NCBI GenBank assembly: GCA_038562515.1
Contig: JBCFBG010000001.1
Coordinates: forward strand, 17,310-81,309
Length of the DNA stretch: 64,000 nt
Direction of reading: 5' to 3'
DNA from: Anaerolineaceae bacterium
GTDB lineage: Bacteria > Chloroflexota > Anaerolineae > Anaerolineales > Anaerolineaceae
Part shown: positions 55,459 to 64,000 of the stretch, piece after piece
How the letters are laid out: each line of letters begins with the position of its first letter
How positions within the stretch are numbered: the first letter of the stretch is position 1
Notes under the pieces: generated by a model
The model's input: only the letters and a program-made list of their open reading frames with translations
What the model was told of the DNA's origin: nothing
Databases searched by the model: none
Position numbers and translations under genes: made by a program

Positions 55459-57552
55459 CTAATTTCCTGTCTGAAGCCCTTCCAATTCGGCATCGATAGC
55501 CTTGAACTCAAAATATGCATCGATGATCTTCCGTACGATCGGACCTGAAACCGTCGAACCTTCACGACCATTATAGATGAAAGAGACGACCACGATTTCC
55601 GGGTCATCATAGGGAGCATATCCGGCAAACCAGGCATGCGAAGGCCACGATCCGGGAATACACAAACCTTCGCGATTTGCCCAGTCGTCACAATATTCAG
55701 CAGTACCGGTCTTGCCAGCGATTCTATTCTCGTCACCCGCAAACTCGATCTTGGCGGTACCTTCTTGGCTTGTAACCAACTCCATCCCCTCCATCGCCAG
55801 GTCAATTACCCAAGGCTCGATAGTTTTTACTTCGCTGGTCTGGTTGTTGCCTTCATACGTGTGGATCAAGGCATCCTTGGTAATATCCCATAGCATCTTT
55901 GGCTCAAAAGATTGCAACACATTACCATCAGTGTCAATGGTTTTGCCAATCATGCTCAGCTGCATGTGTTTACCGCCATTTACGATCGTTGAGAAGGCAT
56001 TCATTACCTGTACCGGTGTAGCCAAAACATAGCCCTGTCCAACACCCGCCAGATAGGTATCACCAGTAGCCCAGTTTTCACCCTGGTTTAAGCGTTTCCA
56101 GGTTGGGTTGGGTAATAGTCCATCCGCCTCACCGGGAAGTTCGATCCCGGTTTCTTTTCCATATCCAAGGGCAGCTCCGTACTCATAAATATTCCAAATA
56201 CCTAACCCGCCGTCTTCGACTTCACCAGGGTATCCACCGCTGGTTTTGTACCAGTAAACATTACAGGAGTAGCCAATACCGTGTTTATAATCAACTGCTC
56301 CATGACCAGCCTTATCATGGCAATAATAGCTTTGTTCTGTACCGATATCGCTTTCATAAAACTGCTGGCGCAAGGTGATCGTCGGGGTACAGCTGATTGT
56401 CTGTTCGGGAGTTACGATATCCTCGTTGAGCACGCCCAAAGCCGGGACCATCTTGAAAACGGACCCTGGTGGCAACTCAGACGAGATGGATTTATTAACC
56501 AATGGCTTGTTCTCATCGATACTGAGCTGGGTGTAATAATCACCAGGGATAAATTGTGTCATGCGGTTGTTTTCGTAATTTGGATAAGAAACCATGAACA
56601 GCAACTCACCAGTTTTCGGATTCATTCCAATAACGGTTCCGGTGGTGCTCATTACTTCGCCACGTTCCCGCATGTAAAATTCGTTCCAATAGCGCAATTG
56701 TTCGACCAGGGCGGCCCGGGCAGCCATCTGCAGACGATAATCTATCGTCAGGTGGATATCCGCACCAGGCACTGCTTCGACCGGTTCTTCGATGTCGCGC
56801 ACAATTTCGCCACCAACTGTCACTTCAACCACTCTCTTTCCATTGCTGCCAGCCAGGATACTCTGCATCGAGTTCTCGATACCCATGTAGCCAACCTTGT
56901 CTCGTCCTGAAACAAAACCAAGATCAGTGTAGTAATCGAGCAAGACCTCAGGGATTGGGCCTAAAAAACCTATGATTTCAGAGGTTTGCCCACCTGTGGG
57001 GTATTCGCGAATGGACTCAACCTCGATATCAATGCCAGTCCAATCCATTTTCTTTTCTTCGATAACCATGGCAGTTTCCTTGCTCAGGTTACACTTCAGG
57101 CGGGTAGCCTGGAAAGGCCACAGACTCTCGGCAATTTCAACAATCTGAAAAATGCCCAGGTCTGTATAACATGGCGAAAAAGCACTGGCTGTCTGGTCGT
57201 TGACCTCACCGCGGTTGACCGGAATGTCAATCAGCTTACTGAGTTGGTCAAAGATTTCGCGGATCTCACCATCTGAGTCTGGAAGTTCTGCAGGAGTGAC
57301 GGTTACATTGTATTGGGCGGTGTTGCGCGCAAGCACAATGCCATTTCGATCATAAATCATGCCTCTTTGGGTCGGAATGCTAATTTCAGTTGTGCGGTTA
57401 TCTTCCGCCTGGGCAACATAGGTTTCCCCCTCAATGATCTGGTAGTTGAACAATTGAGATGCGTAATAGAAGAACACCACAGCAATGATCAAATAGATCC
57501 AGCGAAATCTGCCCATGTTGATGGTTGGTTTTTTGTATTCTTGATTGTTCAT
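55459..57552 (-). CDS. mrdA: penicillin-binding protein 2 (elongasome transpeptidase)
   Basis: 697 aa. N-terminal TM helix; motifs SVFK (SxxK), SCN (SxN), KTGTA. Confidence 0.9.
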   Translation of the reverse strand: MNNQEYKKPTINMGRFRWIYLIIAVVFFYYASQLFNYQIIEGETYVAQAEDNRTTEISIPTQRGMIYDRNGIVLARNTAQYNVTVTPAELPDSDGEIREIFDQLSKLIDIPVNRGEVNDQTASAFSPCYTDLGIFQIVEIAESLWPFQATRLKCNLSKETAMVIEEKKMDWTGIDIEVESIREYPTGGQTSEIIGFLGPIPEVLLDYYTDLGFVSGRDKVGYMGIENSMQSILAGSNGKRVVEVTVGGEIVRDIEEPVEAVPGADIHLTIDYRLQMAARAALVEQLRYWNEFYMRERGEVMSTTGTVIGMNPKTGELLFMVSYPNYENNRMTQFIPGDYYTQLSIDENKPLVNKSISSELPPGSVFKMVPALGVLNEDIVTPEQTISCTPTITLRQQFYESDIGTEQSYYCHDKAGHGAVDYKHGIGYSCNVYWYKTSGGYPGEVEDGGLGIWNIYEYGAALGYGKETGIELPGEADGLLPNPTWKRLNQGENWATGDTYLAGVGQGYVLATPVQVMNAFSTIVNGGKHMQLSMIGKTIDTDGNVLQSFEPKMLWDITKDALIHTYEGNNQTSEVKTIEPWVIDLAMEGMELVTSQEGTAKIEFAGDENRIAGKTGTAEYCDDWANREGLCIPGSWPSHAWFAGYAPYDDPEIVVVSFIYNGREGSTVSGPIVRKIIDAYFEFKAIDAELEGLQTGN

Positions 57553-58052
57553 GCTTCAACTCCTTTCGGAAAAGCATAATGAGCGGTTTCACGGACAATT
57601 GCATGTACCGGAATCGCGAGCAGCATATTCAATAAAACAGACGGTAAAACCACCTCTACCAGGGCATCGTTGAAGTTCAGATTTACCTGGGTCACAAAGA
57701 GATAGGCAAGGTTAAGGATTATTTGTAGCAATGTGGCTCCAAAAGTCAGCACAAGCATCCCCAGCAGGGGCGATTGCATTAGCCTGGCCTGAACCAGCCT
57801 GCTGGCTCGATAGACTATTAGATAAACAATGACTGAAATATAAGCAGGTAAAGCAGACACAGTACCTGCAATTCCAGCCATGATCACCACAAGCAACCAT
57901 AGCCACTTGCTACGATCTTGCAGGCACCAGGCGATGATAAAAAGCAAAATGATGTCAGCGCTGCCCGATAGAATTTTCCATTGGCTGAATACGCTCATTT
58001 GAAGAACGGCGGTAAGCAGAAAACCTGCGAATCCGATCAGATAAGACAACAT
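57549..58052 (-). CDS. mreD: rod shape-determining protein MreD
   Basis: Hydrophobic ~167-aa protein between mreC and pbp2. ATG 58052 follows a GAGG RBS. Confidence 0.75.
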   Translation of the reverse strand: MLSYLIGFAGFLLTAVLQMSVFSQWKILSGSADIILLFIIAWCLQDRSKWLWLLVVIMAGIAGTVSALPAYISVIVYLIVYRASRLVQARLMQSPLLGMLVLTFGATLLQIILNLAYLFVTQVNLNFNDALVEVVLPSVLLNMLLAIPVHAIVRETAHYAFPKGVEA

Positions 58053-58059
58053 TGCTGCC

Positions 58060-58899
58060 TCACGGTACCAGTGGAGAAATGTCGACCGAGTCGAAATTGG
58101 TGATAACCAAAACGGCACTCAGGTTCGAAAAATCCACAACCGGTTGAACCGAACCTGTTTGAAAGAGAACATTTTGTTTGGATTGCATGGTCAAAACCTG
58201 ACCCACAAAGATGTTAGGTGGATAAGTTCCGCCCAACCCTGATGTCATGAGAATATCGCCAATTTGAGCCTCGGTGTCCACCGGAACCATATCCAGTGTA
58301 ATTTCACCGGTCACTGACCCTCGCACCACGCCCTCAACCCCGGCAGTCTGGAGTTTGATATTCACTGTAGAATTTGCATCTGTAATCAGTTGAATTCTGG
58401 CAGCATCGGAGATTAAAGCGTCGATGCGACCAACCAAACCTTGTTGGGTGACCACAGGCATGCCGTGCCGAAGTCCGTCATTACTGCCTTTATCAATGAT
58501 GATGTATTGTAAAAAAGGACTGATTTCGCGCCCAATCACTGTTGCGGCAACGTACTCGTGTTCCGGGTTCGTGCGCGCAAAATCGAGCAAGGTGTAAAGG
58601 ATGTCGGACTGCGCCAGGTTCTCCTGTAATGCCACAATTTCGCTTTGCAGCATGGCTACTTCAATTTCCAACTGGGCATTTTGAGCTCTCAATGTTGCCA
58701 TATCACGCGGTGAATTAAAGAAATCGTTGAACGCGAGGTAACGTTGAGAAAGCCAGCTTTGCGCTGAGATGAGAGGGCTGACCGAAAAGCTGAAAAAAGG
58801 AGTCAGATAGCCTGAGACTGCCAGGAAAAGTACCCCCACCACAACCAGGATGATGATCAGGTTGCGTAAATTTTTGGGTGTTAAGAGTTTAGTTATCAT
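58060..58899 (-). CDS. mreC: rod shape-determining protein MreC
   Basis: 279 aa. N-terminal TM helix, coiled coil (LRAQNAQLEIEVAMLQSE), beta-rich C-domain. Confidence 0.85.
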   Translation of the reverse strand: MITKLLTPKNLRNLIIILVVVGVLFLAVSGYLTPFFSFSVSPLISAQSWLSQRYLAFNDFFNSPRDMATLRAQNAQLEIEVAMLQSEIVALQENLAQSDILYTLLDFARTNPEHEYVAATVIGREISPFLQYIIIDKGSNDGLRHGMPVVTQQGLVGRIDALISDAARIQLITDANSTVNIKLQTAGVEGVVRGSVTGEITLDMVPVDTEAQIGDILMTSGLGGTYPPNIFVGQVLTMQSKQNVLFQTGSVQPVVDFSNLSAVLVITNFDSVDISPLVP

Positions 58900-58932
58900 A
58901 GCAGGGTAGACCGGAAACCACGGTCATTGAAC

Positions 58933-60012
58933 TTACGCTGGTTGGCTGCTGGAAAATGGATCTCGCTCAATGCCGACCAATAAGCTTTCATACAGGTCCA
59001 TATCTTCTAAAACCATGCCGCAACCACGTGCCACACAAGTCATCGGGTCTTCAGCCACCCAAACACGTACATGGGTTTCATTCGAAAGGCGATCAGCCAA
59101 ACCCTGAAGTTGGGAGGTGCCTCCAGCCAGGCAGATACCATTGTCCATCAAATCTGCCAAAATTTCTGGTGGGGATTCATCCAGGGCATCTTTGACGGTA
59201 TCTACAATCACCTGTACTGAAGAAGACAGAGCTTCACGAATTTCTACAGAAGAAATTTCGATTGATTCCGGCAAACCAGTGATCAGGTTACGCCCACGAA
59301 CATCAACCGTTTTTTCTTCCTTAAGCGGATATGCCGAACCGATGGCGATCTTCACTTTTTCTGCCATCTGGTCGCCAACGAAAAGGTTGTATTTGCTGCG
59401 GACATATTCAATAATTGCCTGATCAAGCTCATCTCCGGCTACGCGTAGCGATCGAGAGATAACAACACCACCACCAGCAATGACCGCCACTTCAGTGGTG
59501 CCACCACCAATGTCCACGATCATGTTGCCAGTATCTTCTTCAATTGGCAGACCCGCACCAATCGCAGCCGCTGCAGGTTCGTGAATCATGAAAGCCTCGC
59601 GAGCGCCAGCTGCCATGGCAGCATCATATACAGCTCTCTTTTCAACTTCGGTGGCACCAGAGGGAATTCCAACCACCACGCGAGAATACGGAAAAAGGAC
59701 GATGCTGTTCTCATGTGCTTTGCTAATGAAATATTCCAGCATAGCCTGAGTGATGTCGTATTCGGAAATGACGCCATCGCGCAGTGGTCGCAATGTGACC
59801 ATATTAGCAGGCGTACGACCGACCATAGCCTTGGCAGCAGCGCCAATCTTTTCGGGTTCGCGGGTACGTTTGTTGATGGCTACCCAGGAAGGTTCGTTGA
59901 TAACGATGCCCTTCCCTCTGACGTTAACTAAAGTATTCGCTGTGCCCAGGTCGATTCCCAGATCCAGCGATAGCAACCCCAGCAACCATTTTATTGGGTT
60001 GAAAAAAGCCAA
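58933..60012 (-). CDS. mreB: rod shape-determining actin homologue MreB
   Basis: 359 aa. Motifs DLGTANT, VDIGGGTTEVA, LAGGTSQLQGL. Confidence 0.95.
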   Translation of the reverse strand: MAFFNPIKWLLGLLSLDLGIDLGTANTLVNVRGKGIVINEPSWVAINKRTREPEKIGAAAKAMVGRTPANMVTLRPLRDGVISEYDITQAMLEYFISKAHENSIVLFPYSRVVVGIPSGATEVEKRAVYDAAMAAGAREAFMIHEPAAAAIGAGLPIEEDTGNMIVDIGGGTTEVAVIAGGGVVISRSLRVAGDELDQAIIEYVRSKYNLFVGDQMAEKVKIAIGSAYPLKEEKTVDVRGRNLITGLPESIEISSVEIREALSSSVQVIVDTVKDALDESPPEILADLMDNGICLAGGTSQLQGLADRLSNETHVRVWVAEDPMTCVARGCGMVLEDMDLYESLLVGIERDPFSSSQPA

Positions 60013-60142
60013 GTTTTATCTCCATCTATCGAAGAGTTATCTTCAAATGTATTGGCGAATTATAACATAGTGCAAATATCTGATCAGTAGTCAAACCGAT
60101 TACCAATTCGGATATGAAATATGTAAATGCATAAATCTATTT

Positions 60143-60212
60143 ATCTATCAGCTATCAGCTATCGCCTATCACCTATCAATTATCAGCTTTCAGTCATCAG
60201 CTAAGAGCTATC
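60143..60212. repeat. degenerate 7-bp tandem repeat, consensus AGCTATC, about 10 units
   Basis: Units read directly: atctatc agctatc agctatc gcctatc acctatc aattatc agctttc agtcatc agctaag agctatc. Located in the mreB / 60258-gene divergent intergenic region. Confidence 0.9.
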
Positions 60213-60257
60213 ATCTGTTACAATCAATACGCAAACCGAAATCAACAACGGAGTCAT

Positions 60258-60959
60258 ATGAACGAAACATTCAGCCTTTACCGACTGCAACAGCTCGACT
60301 CACAACGAATCCAACGACTCAAAAGAATCAAGCAAATTGATCAAATTATCGCATCTGACAAAGCGGTCCTTAGGGCTCAGGTTATCATCCAAAGAGCAAC
60401 CGCCGCGCTGACCAAAAGCGATAACGAACTTGAAGAAGTGCGTAAAAAAGTTGAAGAGAAAACACTGAAACTAAAACTGACCCAGTCAAAACTTTTCGGT
60501 GGAAAAATCAGCGCGACAAAAGAATTACAAGATCTCCAGGCAGAAAGCGAAGCCCTTCACCGAACGATTAAGACCCTGGAAGACGAACAAATTACACTGC
60601 TGGCAGAAAATGATGCCTGTCAGGATAAAAAGAAAAAAGCCGAGACCGATTTACAACAACTTCTAAACAAAAAAGCCACAGAAAACTCTCTGCTGCTCGG
60701 AGAGCGTGAAAGACTGAAGAGCCAATTGCTTAAAATCAACTCGCAGCGTGACGCTCTGAAAAGTCAATTGGACGCAAAACTGCTCGAAGAATATGAATTC
60801 CTGTTCAAGAGCAAAGGTGGTGTCGCAGTTGCCGAGGTTTTTGACGAAAGCTGTAAAGCATGCGGTGTAGAACTCTCTCCAACCGATATTCAGATTGCGG
60901 CCAACCCAAACCTGATCACCAAGTGTAAAAGCTGCGGCAGGATCTTGTATAAAAACTAA
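60258..60959 (+). CDS. coiled-coil protein with C-terminal C4 zinc ribbon (COG1579/DUF164-like)
   Basis: 233 aa. Long heptad-rich region. CKACG...CKSCG at the C-terminus. GGAG RBS. Confidence 0.7.
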   Translation: MNETFSLYRLQQLDSQRIQRLKRIKQIDQIIASDKAVLRAQVIIQRATAALTKSDNELEEVRKKVEEKTLKLKLTQSKLFGGKISATKELQDLQAESEALHRTIKTLEDEQITLLAENDACQDKKKKAETDLQQLLNKKATENSLLLGERERLKSQLLKINSQRDALKSQLDAKLLEEYEFLFKSKGGVAVAEVFDESCKACGVELSPTDIQIAANPNLITKCKSCGRILYKN

Positions 60960-61030
60960 TTGATGCAATTTTGGATGTGGGAACACTTTCACAACAAGAA
61001 TTTTTGACCGCCATCCTGACCAAGAACGAT

Positions 61031-61066
61031 AAAAAAACTCCACTGCATAAGTAGTGGAGTTTTTTA
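61031..61066. terminator. bidirectional intrinsic terminator
   Basis: AAAAAAACTCCACT-GCATAAGT-AGTGGAGTTTTTT. Confidence 0.85.
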
Positions 61067-61081
61067 GTAATCAAGACTGCA

Positions 61082-61753
61082 TTAATTCTTCTCGTGTACG
61101 CCAGGATACTTTGGTGTGTTCTGCCCGTAGTATTTGAAGACATCAACAGCTTGCTCAATTTGCTCATCCGTCAACATTGCCACAGTCCCGCCAAGCGATC
61201 TGGCTATGGCGTAGGTTTTTGCCGCTTCTTCTAAGTAGACACAAGCATACAAAGCCTGCTTTAGCGAGTCTCCCACAGCTATCACGCCGTGATGCTTAAG
61301 GATAACAGCCCGGCGGCCATCTAAATAATTGACCGCCTCGATCCCCATTTGTTCAGTTGCTGTGGATGAATAAGGGGCAACATGAACTGAGCCATTCACT
61401 GCATTAGCCATCGTGGTCAAATTGCATGGCAATTCATCTGTCACCAGACCCACTGCAGTTGCATACGGCTGGTGTGTATGAATGACCGATTTAATGGTTT
61501 CGTCAGATCTAAAAATAAAAAGTAGAGCGCTGGTGTCCACTGATGGTTTTCGAGAACCCTCAACAACATTGCCATAAAGATCTACGACGAGAACGTCATC
61601 CTCAACCATGTCCTCATAAATCATACCGGACGGTGTAACGAGCACGTGATCACCAATTCGCATACTAATATTTCCACCGGACAGGGCAATTAATTCATAC
61701 CGATCCAAGGTCATACCAGCTTTTATTAATTCATTTTTTTCTTTTTGATACAT
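61082..61753 (-). CDS. class II aldolase/adducin-family protein (L-fuculose-phosphate aldolase / ribulose-5-P epimerase-like)
   Basis: 223 aa. Motifs SGGNIS, TPSG, HTHQPYATA, LKHHGVIAVG. Confidence 0.8.
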   Translation of the reverse strand: MYQKEKNELIKAGMTLDRYELIALSGGNISMRIGDHVLVTPSGMIYEDMVEDDVLVVDLYGNVVEGSRKPSVDTSALLFIFRSDETIKSVIHTHQPYATAVGLVTDELPCNLTTMANAVNGSVHVAPYSSTATEQMGIEAVNYLDGRRAVILKHHGVIAVGDSLKQALYACVYLEEAAKTYAIARSLGGTVAMLTDEQIEQAVDVFKYYGQNTPKYPGVHEKN

Positions 61754-62270
61754 CGCTTACTTTCTTATTTTGAAACTGTTTGTTATGTGATTTGATCATC
61801 GCCTTCATCTCATCCGGATGAATTCTTTCTTCAACCTTCAGTAGCTGTTCTTCGAGAATTTTTTGATCGGAATAAACTTTCAACTCAATCCAATATTTGC
61901 TTTTTTTGCCAGATTTATCCTTGATTCGAATAAATTGGGTTGCTTGAATTCTGAACTCTTTGACGAGAAACTCAGAGAGGTCGCTGATGAGAAATTCACG
62001 TGTCTTTCCTGCACCTTCGAATCTAACTCTTTCAGGCGTGATAGTAATCAGCTCTGGCGTGCTGCGGCTGATAAGTAACCGATAAAAAGAGTAAATACAA
62101 ACAATCCCAACTAAAACCCAAAGAATTCGAATAGATGTAAGTGTTGTTATGTATTTATAGATACAGAAAGCGAGGGCAAACAGTGATACCATGCCCTCCC
62201 CATACACTCTTGAACGATAAAGTTTTGGGTCATGACGAAAAGTTGTGGGCATGGTATCAGAGTTTAACAT
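61731..62270 (-). CDS. hypothetical membrane protein (two TM helices plus soluble C-terminal domain)
   Basis: 179 aa. Sits between PTS IIC and the aldolase and overlaps the aldolase start by 23 nt. No motif recognised. Confidence 0.5.
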   Translation of the reverse strand: MLNSDTMPTTFRHDPKLYRSRVYGEGMVSLFALAFCIYKYITTLTSIRILWVLVGIVCIYSFYRLLISRSTPELITITPERVRFEGAGKTREFLISDLSEFLVKEFRIQATQFIRIKDKSGKKSKYWIELKVYSDQKILEEQLLKVEERIHPDEMKAMIKSHNKQFQNKKVSDVSKRKK

Positions 62271-62275
62271 TTTTA

Positions 62276-63658
62276 TTATTCGACTGTTGATTCAGCGCGG
62301 AGGGCAGCTGCTTCTTTGAGGATTCTGCCACGGTTCCAGATTGCCAGAGCAATTGAGCCTGCAGTAACGATAATAGTGCCTACGATCCCCAACCCATTCA
62401 ACCTGACAATACCCCAGGTAAGCGGGTTAGCTCCATCGACAATACTGGAAACCATTGACGCACCGGTTGGCATAGCAAACTGGGCATCGATTGCGGCCTG
62501 GGTGAATAGAGGTGCCAGGTTGGTTGCAATCAAGAGACCAACAGCCAGGACAACAATACCAACAAGCAAAGCCCGGAAGCCGTTACCGCGAACGATAGGG
62601 GTAATCAAAACAAACATCCAGGGAATGGTGGCAAGATCGCCGAAGGGCAGGACCTTGTTGCCTGGGAGAATTACAGCCAGGAAAACAGCGATAGGAACCA
62701 GGATTAAGGCAACTGTCAGGGTAATAGGATGTCCAATACCAACAGCTGAGTCCAAACCGATATAGATCTGACCACGATTCTTGAAACGTTTCTTGATCAT
62801 TTCAGTTGCTGCATCGGAAATTGGGAGCAAGCCTTCCATCAACAGGGCAGCCATTTTTGGGATCAGAACAAGCACTGCACCCATGGTCACACCAAGCAGA
62901 AGGATATCTTTGAAAGCGTAACCTGCAAGGGCACCAATAGCCAGACCAAGAATGGTTCCAATTAAAATAGGCTCGCCAAAAACACCAAATTTTTGCTGTG
63001 CTTTTTCGATATTGAAATCAACTTTGTTTAAACCAGGAATGACGTCGATGAGTTTGTTGAAAACCCATGCAATCGGCGCATAAGCGGTTGAAAAACCGTG
63101 TGGCAAAGAAATACCGGGCATGTCCAGGCTTTCCTGCACTAATGGAGCAGTGACATCACCAAACACCATGATAATGATCATATTCACAACGGCTGCAAGC
63201 ACACCAAGGGGAACACTATTGGTCAAAATTGCGACCAATGCGCCTGTAAAGGCAAAGTGCCAGTAATCCCAGATGTCAACATCAACGGTTTGGGTTGTAT
63301 TGGTCAATAACATAATGATGTTAACAAGCAGTCCAACGGGGATGATGATCAGACCGACAGTAGAAGCGAAAGAAATCGCTGCAGCCGCTGGCCAACCAAC
63401 GTCGATGATTGATAGTGAGAATCCAAATCGATCCACCATCTGTGAGACTGCTGGACCAAGGTTGCCAGTTAAAGCACCGATGACCAGATTCAAGCCGATG
63501 AAACCTACGCCAACGGTCAAACCAGCACGCAGGGATTTTCCAAATTTTGCACCTAAAGCCAAACCAAAGATGCAGATAATAATAGGCATCATTACAGAAG
63601 GACCGAGTGCCTGAATATAGTTAAAGATCTTTAAAACAAAATCCATGATATTCTCCAA
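62276..63658 (-). CDS. gatC: PTS galactitol-family EIIC component
   Basis: 460 aa. DVGWP, VDIWDYWHFAFTGAL and LPFGDLATI closely parallel E. coli GatC as I recall it. Confidence 0.8.
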   Translation of the reverse strand: MENIMDFVLKIFNYIQALGPSVMMPIIICIFGLALGAKFGKSLRAGLTVGVGFIGLNLVIGALTGNLGPAVSQMVDRFGFSLSIIDVGWPAAAAISFASTVGLIIIPVGLLVNIIMLLTNTTQTVDVDIWDYWHFAFTGALVAILTNSVPLGVLAAVVNMIIIMVFGDVTAPLVQESLDMPGISLPHGFSTAYAPIAWVFNKLIDVIPGLNKVDFNIEKAQQKFGVFGEPILIGTILGLAIGALAGYAFKDILLLGVTMGAVLVLIPKMAALLMEGLLPISDAATEMIKKRFKNRGQIYIGLDSAVGIGHPITLTVALILVPIAVFLAVILPGNKVLPFGDLATIPWMFVLITPIVRGNGFRALLVGIVVLAVGLLIATNLAPLFTQAAIDAQFAMPTGASMVSSIVDGANPLTWGIVRLNGLGIVGTIIVTAGSIALAIWNRGRILKEAAALRAESTVE

Positions 63659-63673
63659 TTATGATAAGGTGGG

Positions 63674-63958
63674 TTAGGAATCCATAAGCTTGTAGACTTC
63701 TTCCATCGTCTCTTCAATTCCAATCCCAGTGAGAAAAGCAGTACCTCTGATATAAGGGCAAGATACACCCTGAGGTTTCATGCTGGTTGCAACACAAAAG
63801 TCATATTGTGAAGACTTCTGAGGAACTTCAGAGACTCGACATTGCTCGATTTTGTATTTTCCAGCATAACCCTTTGCGTTGAGATGCTGTTCTAACTTAG
63901 CTCTCGCAATAGTAGATGTCACAATTCCAGATCCACAAGCCAATAAAATTCTTTTCAT
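63674..63958 (-). CDS. gatB: PTS galactitol-family EIIB component
   Basis: MKRILLACGSGIVTST has the active-site Cys near the N-terminus. ATG 63958 is preferred over 63985. Confidence 0.8.
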   Translation of the reverse strand: MKRILLACGSGIVTSTIARAKLEQHLNAKGYAGKYKIEQCRVSEVPQKSSQYDFCVATSMKPQGVSCPYIRGTAFLTGIGIEETMEEVYKLMDS

Positions 63959-64000
63959 TTCTAAATATCCTTTCTGATAAACCACGTAAAAACTAAAATT

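Noticed and set aside
60143-60212. CRISPR array
   Set aside because: The repeats are contiguous 7-mers without spacers, far too short for a CRISPR. No cas genes are in the window.
1-64000. Mobile element, prophage, genomic island or known defence system
   Set aside because: No integrase, transposase, recombinase, phage structural, restriction, nuclease-helicase or reverse-transcriptase-like ORF was recognised. The two tRNA genes have no flanking direct repeats that I could see.

Overview
A 64-kb chromosomal segment from an anaerobic bacterium. I saw no transposase, integrase, phage genes or CRISPR array. Taxon cannot be fixed without a database search; gene content and order look like a monoderm anaerobe, possibly Chloroflexota/Anaerolineae-like (low confidence). 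Content from left to right: (1) an AsrA/AsrB (sulfhydrogenase beta/gamma)-like Fe-S/FAD module plus a polyferredoxin. (2) A metallophosphoesterase and a membrane-anchored BNR-repeat protein. (3) A minus-strand housekeeping block: hisS, tRNA-His, a T-box leader, ileS, lspA, rluD, ltaE. (4) The main feature, about 12 kb on the plus strand: DRTGG / CBS-GHKL kinase-like / DRTGG / PHP proteins, a minimal NuoE-NuoF pair, then a second operon with NuoE, a GHKL ATPase, a cysteine-free HndB-like protein, a HydB-type NuoF, an FNT formate channel and a cytoplasmic Cys-type molybdopterin formate dehydrogenase. It is followed by mobA, fdhD and a complete hypABFCDE set, with no hydrogenase catalytic subunit in the window. 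(5) sufCBD plus an unknown 106-aa gene, a SufR-like regulator, a DUF59 protein and a rubredoxin missed by the ORF track. (6) An orphan MsmK-like ABC ATPase, a CopB-type P-type ATPase, and an AraC regulator divergent from a CrtI-like oxidoreductase. (7) tRNA-Gln, then rodA, minC-like, pbp2, mreD, mreC, mreB. (8) A 7-bp tandem repeat array, a zinc-ribbon coiled-coil gene, and a galactitol-type PTS IIB/IIC with a class II aldolase. The most unusual item is the hydrogenase-less HydBC/Hnd-type formate dehydrogenase supercluster. Several of its accessory Fe-S ligand sets, and the FdhD CxxC loop, appear to be missing.
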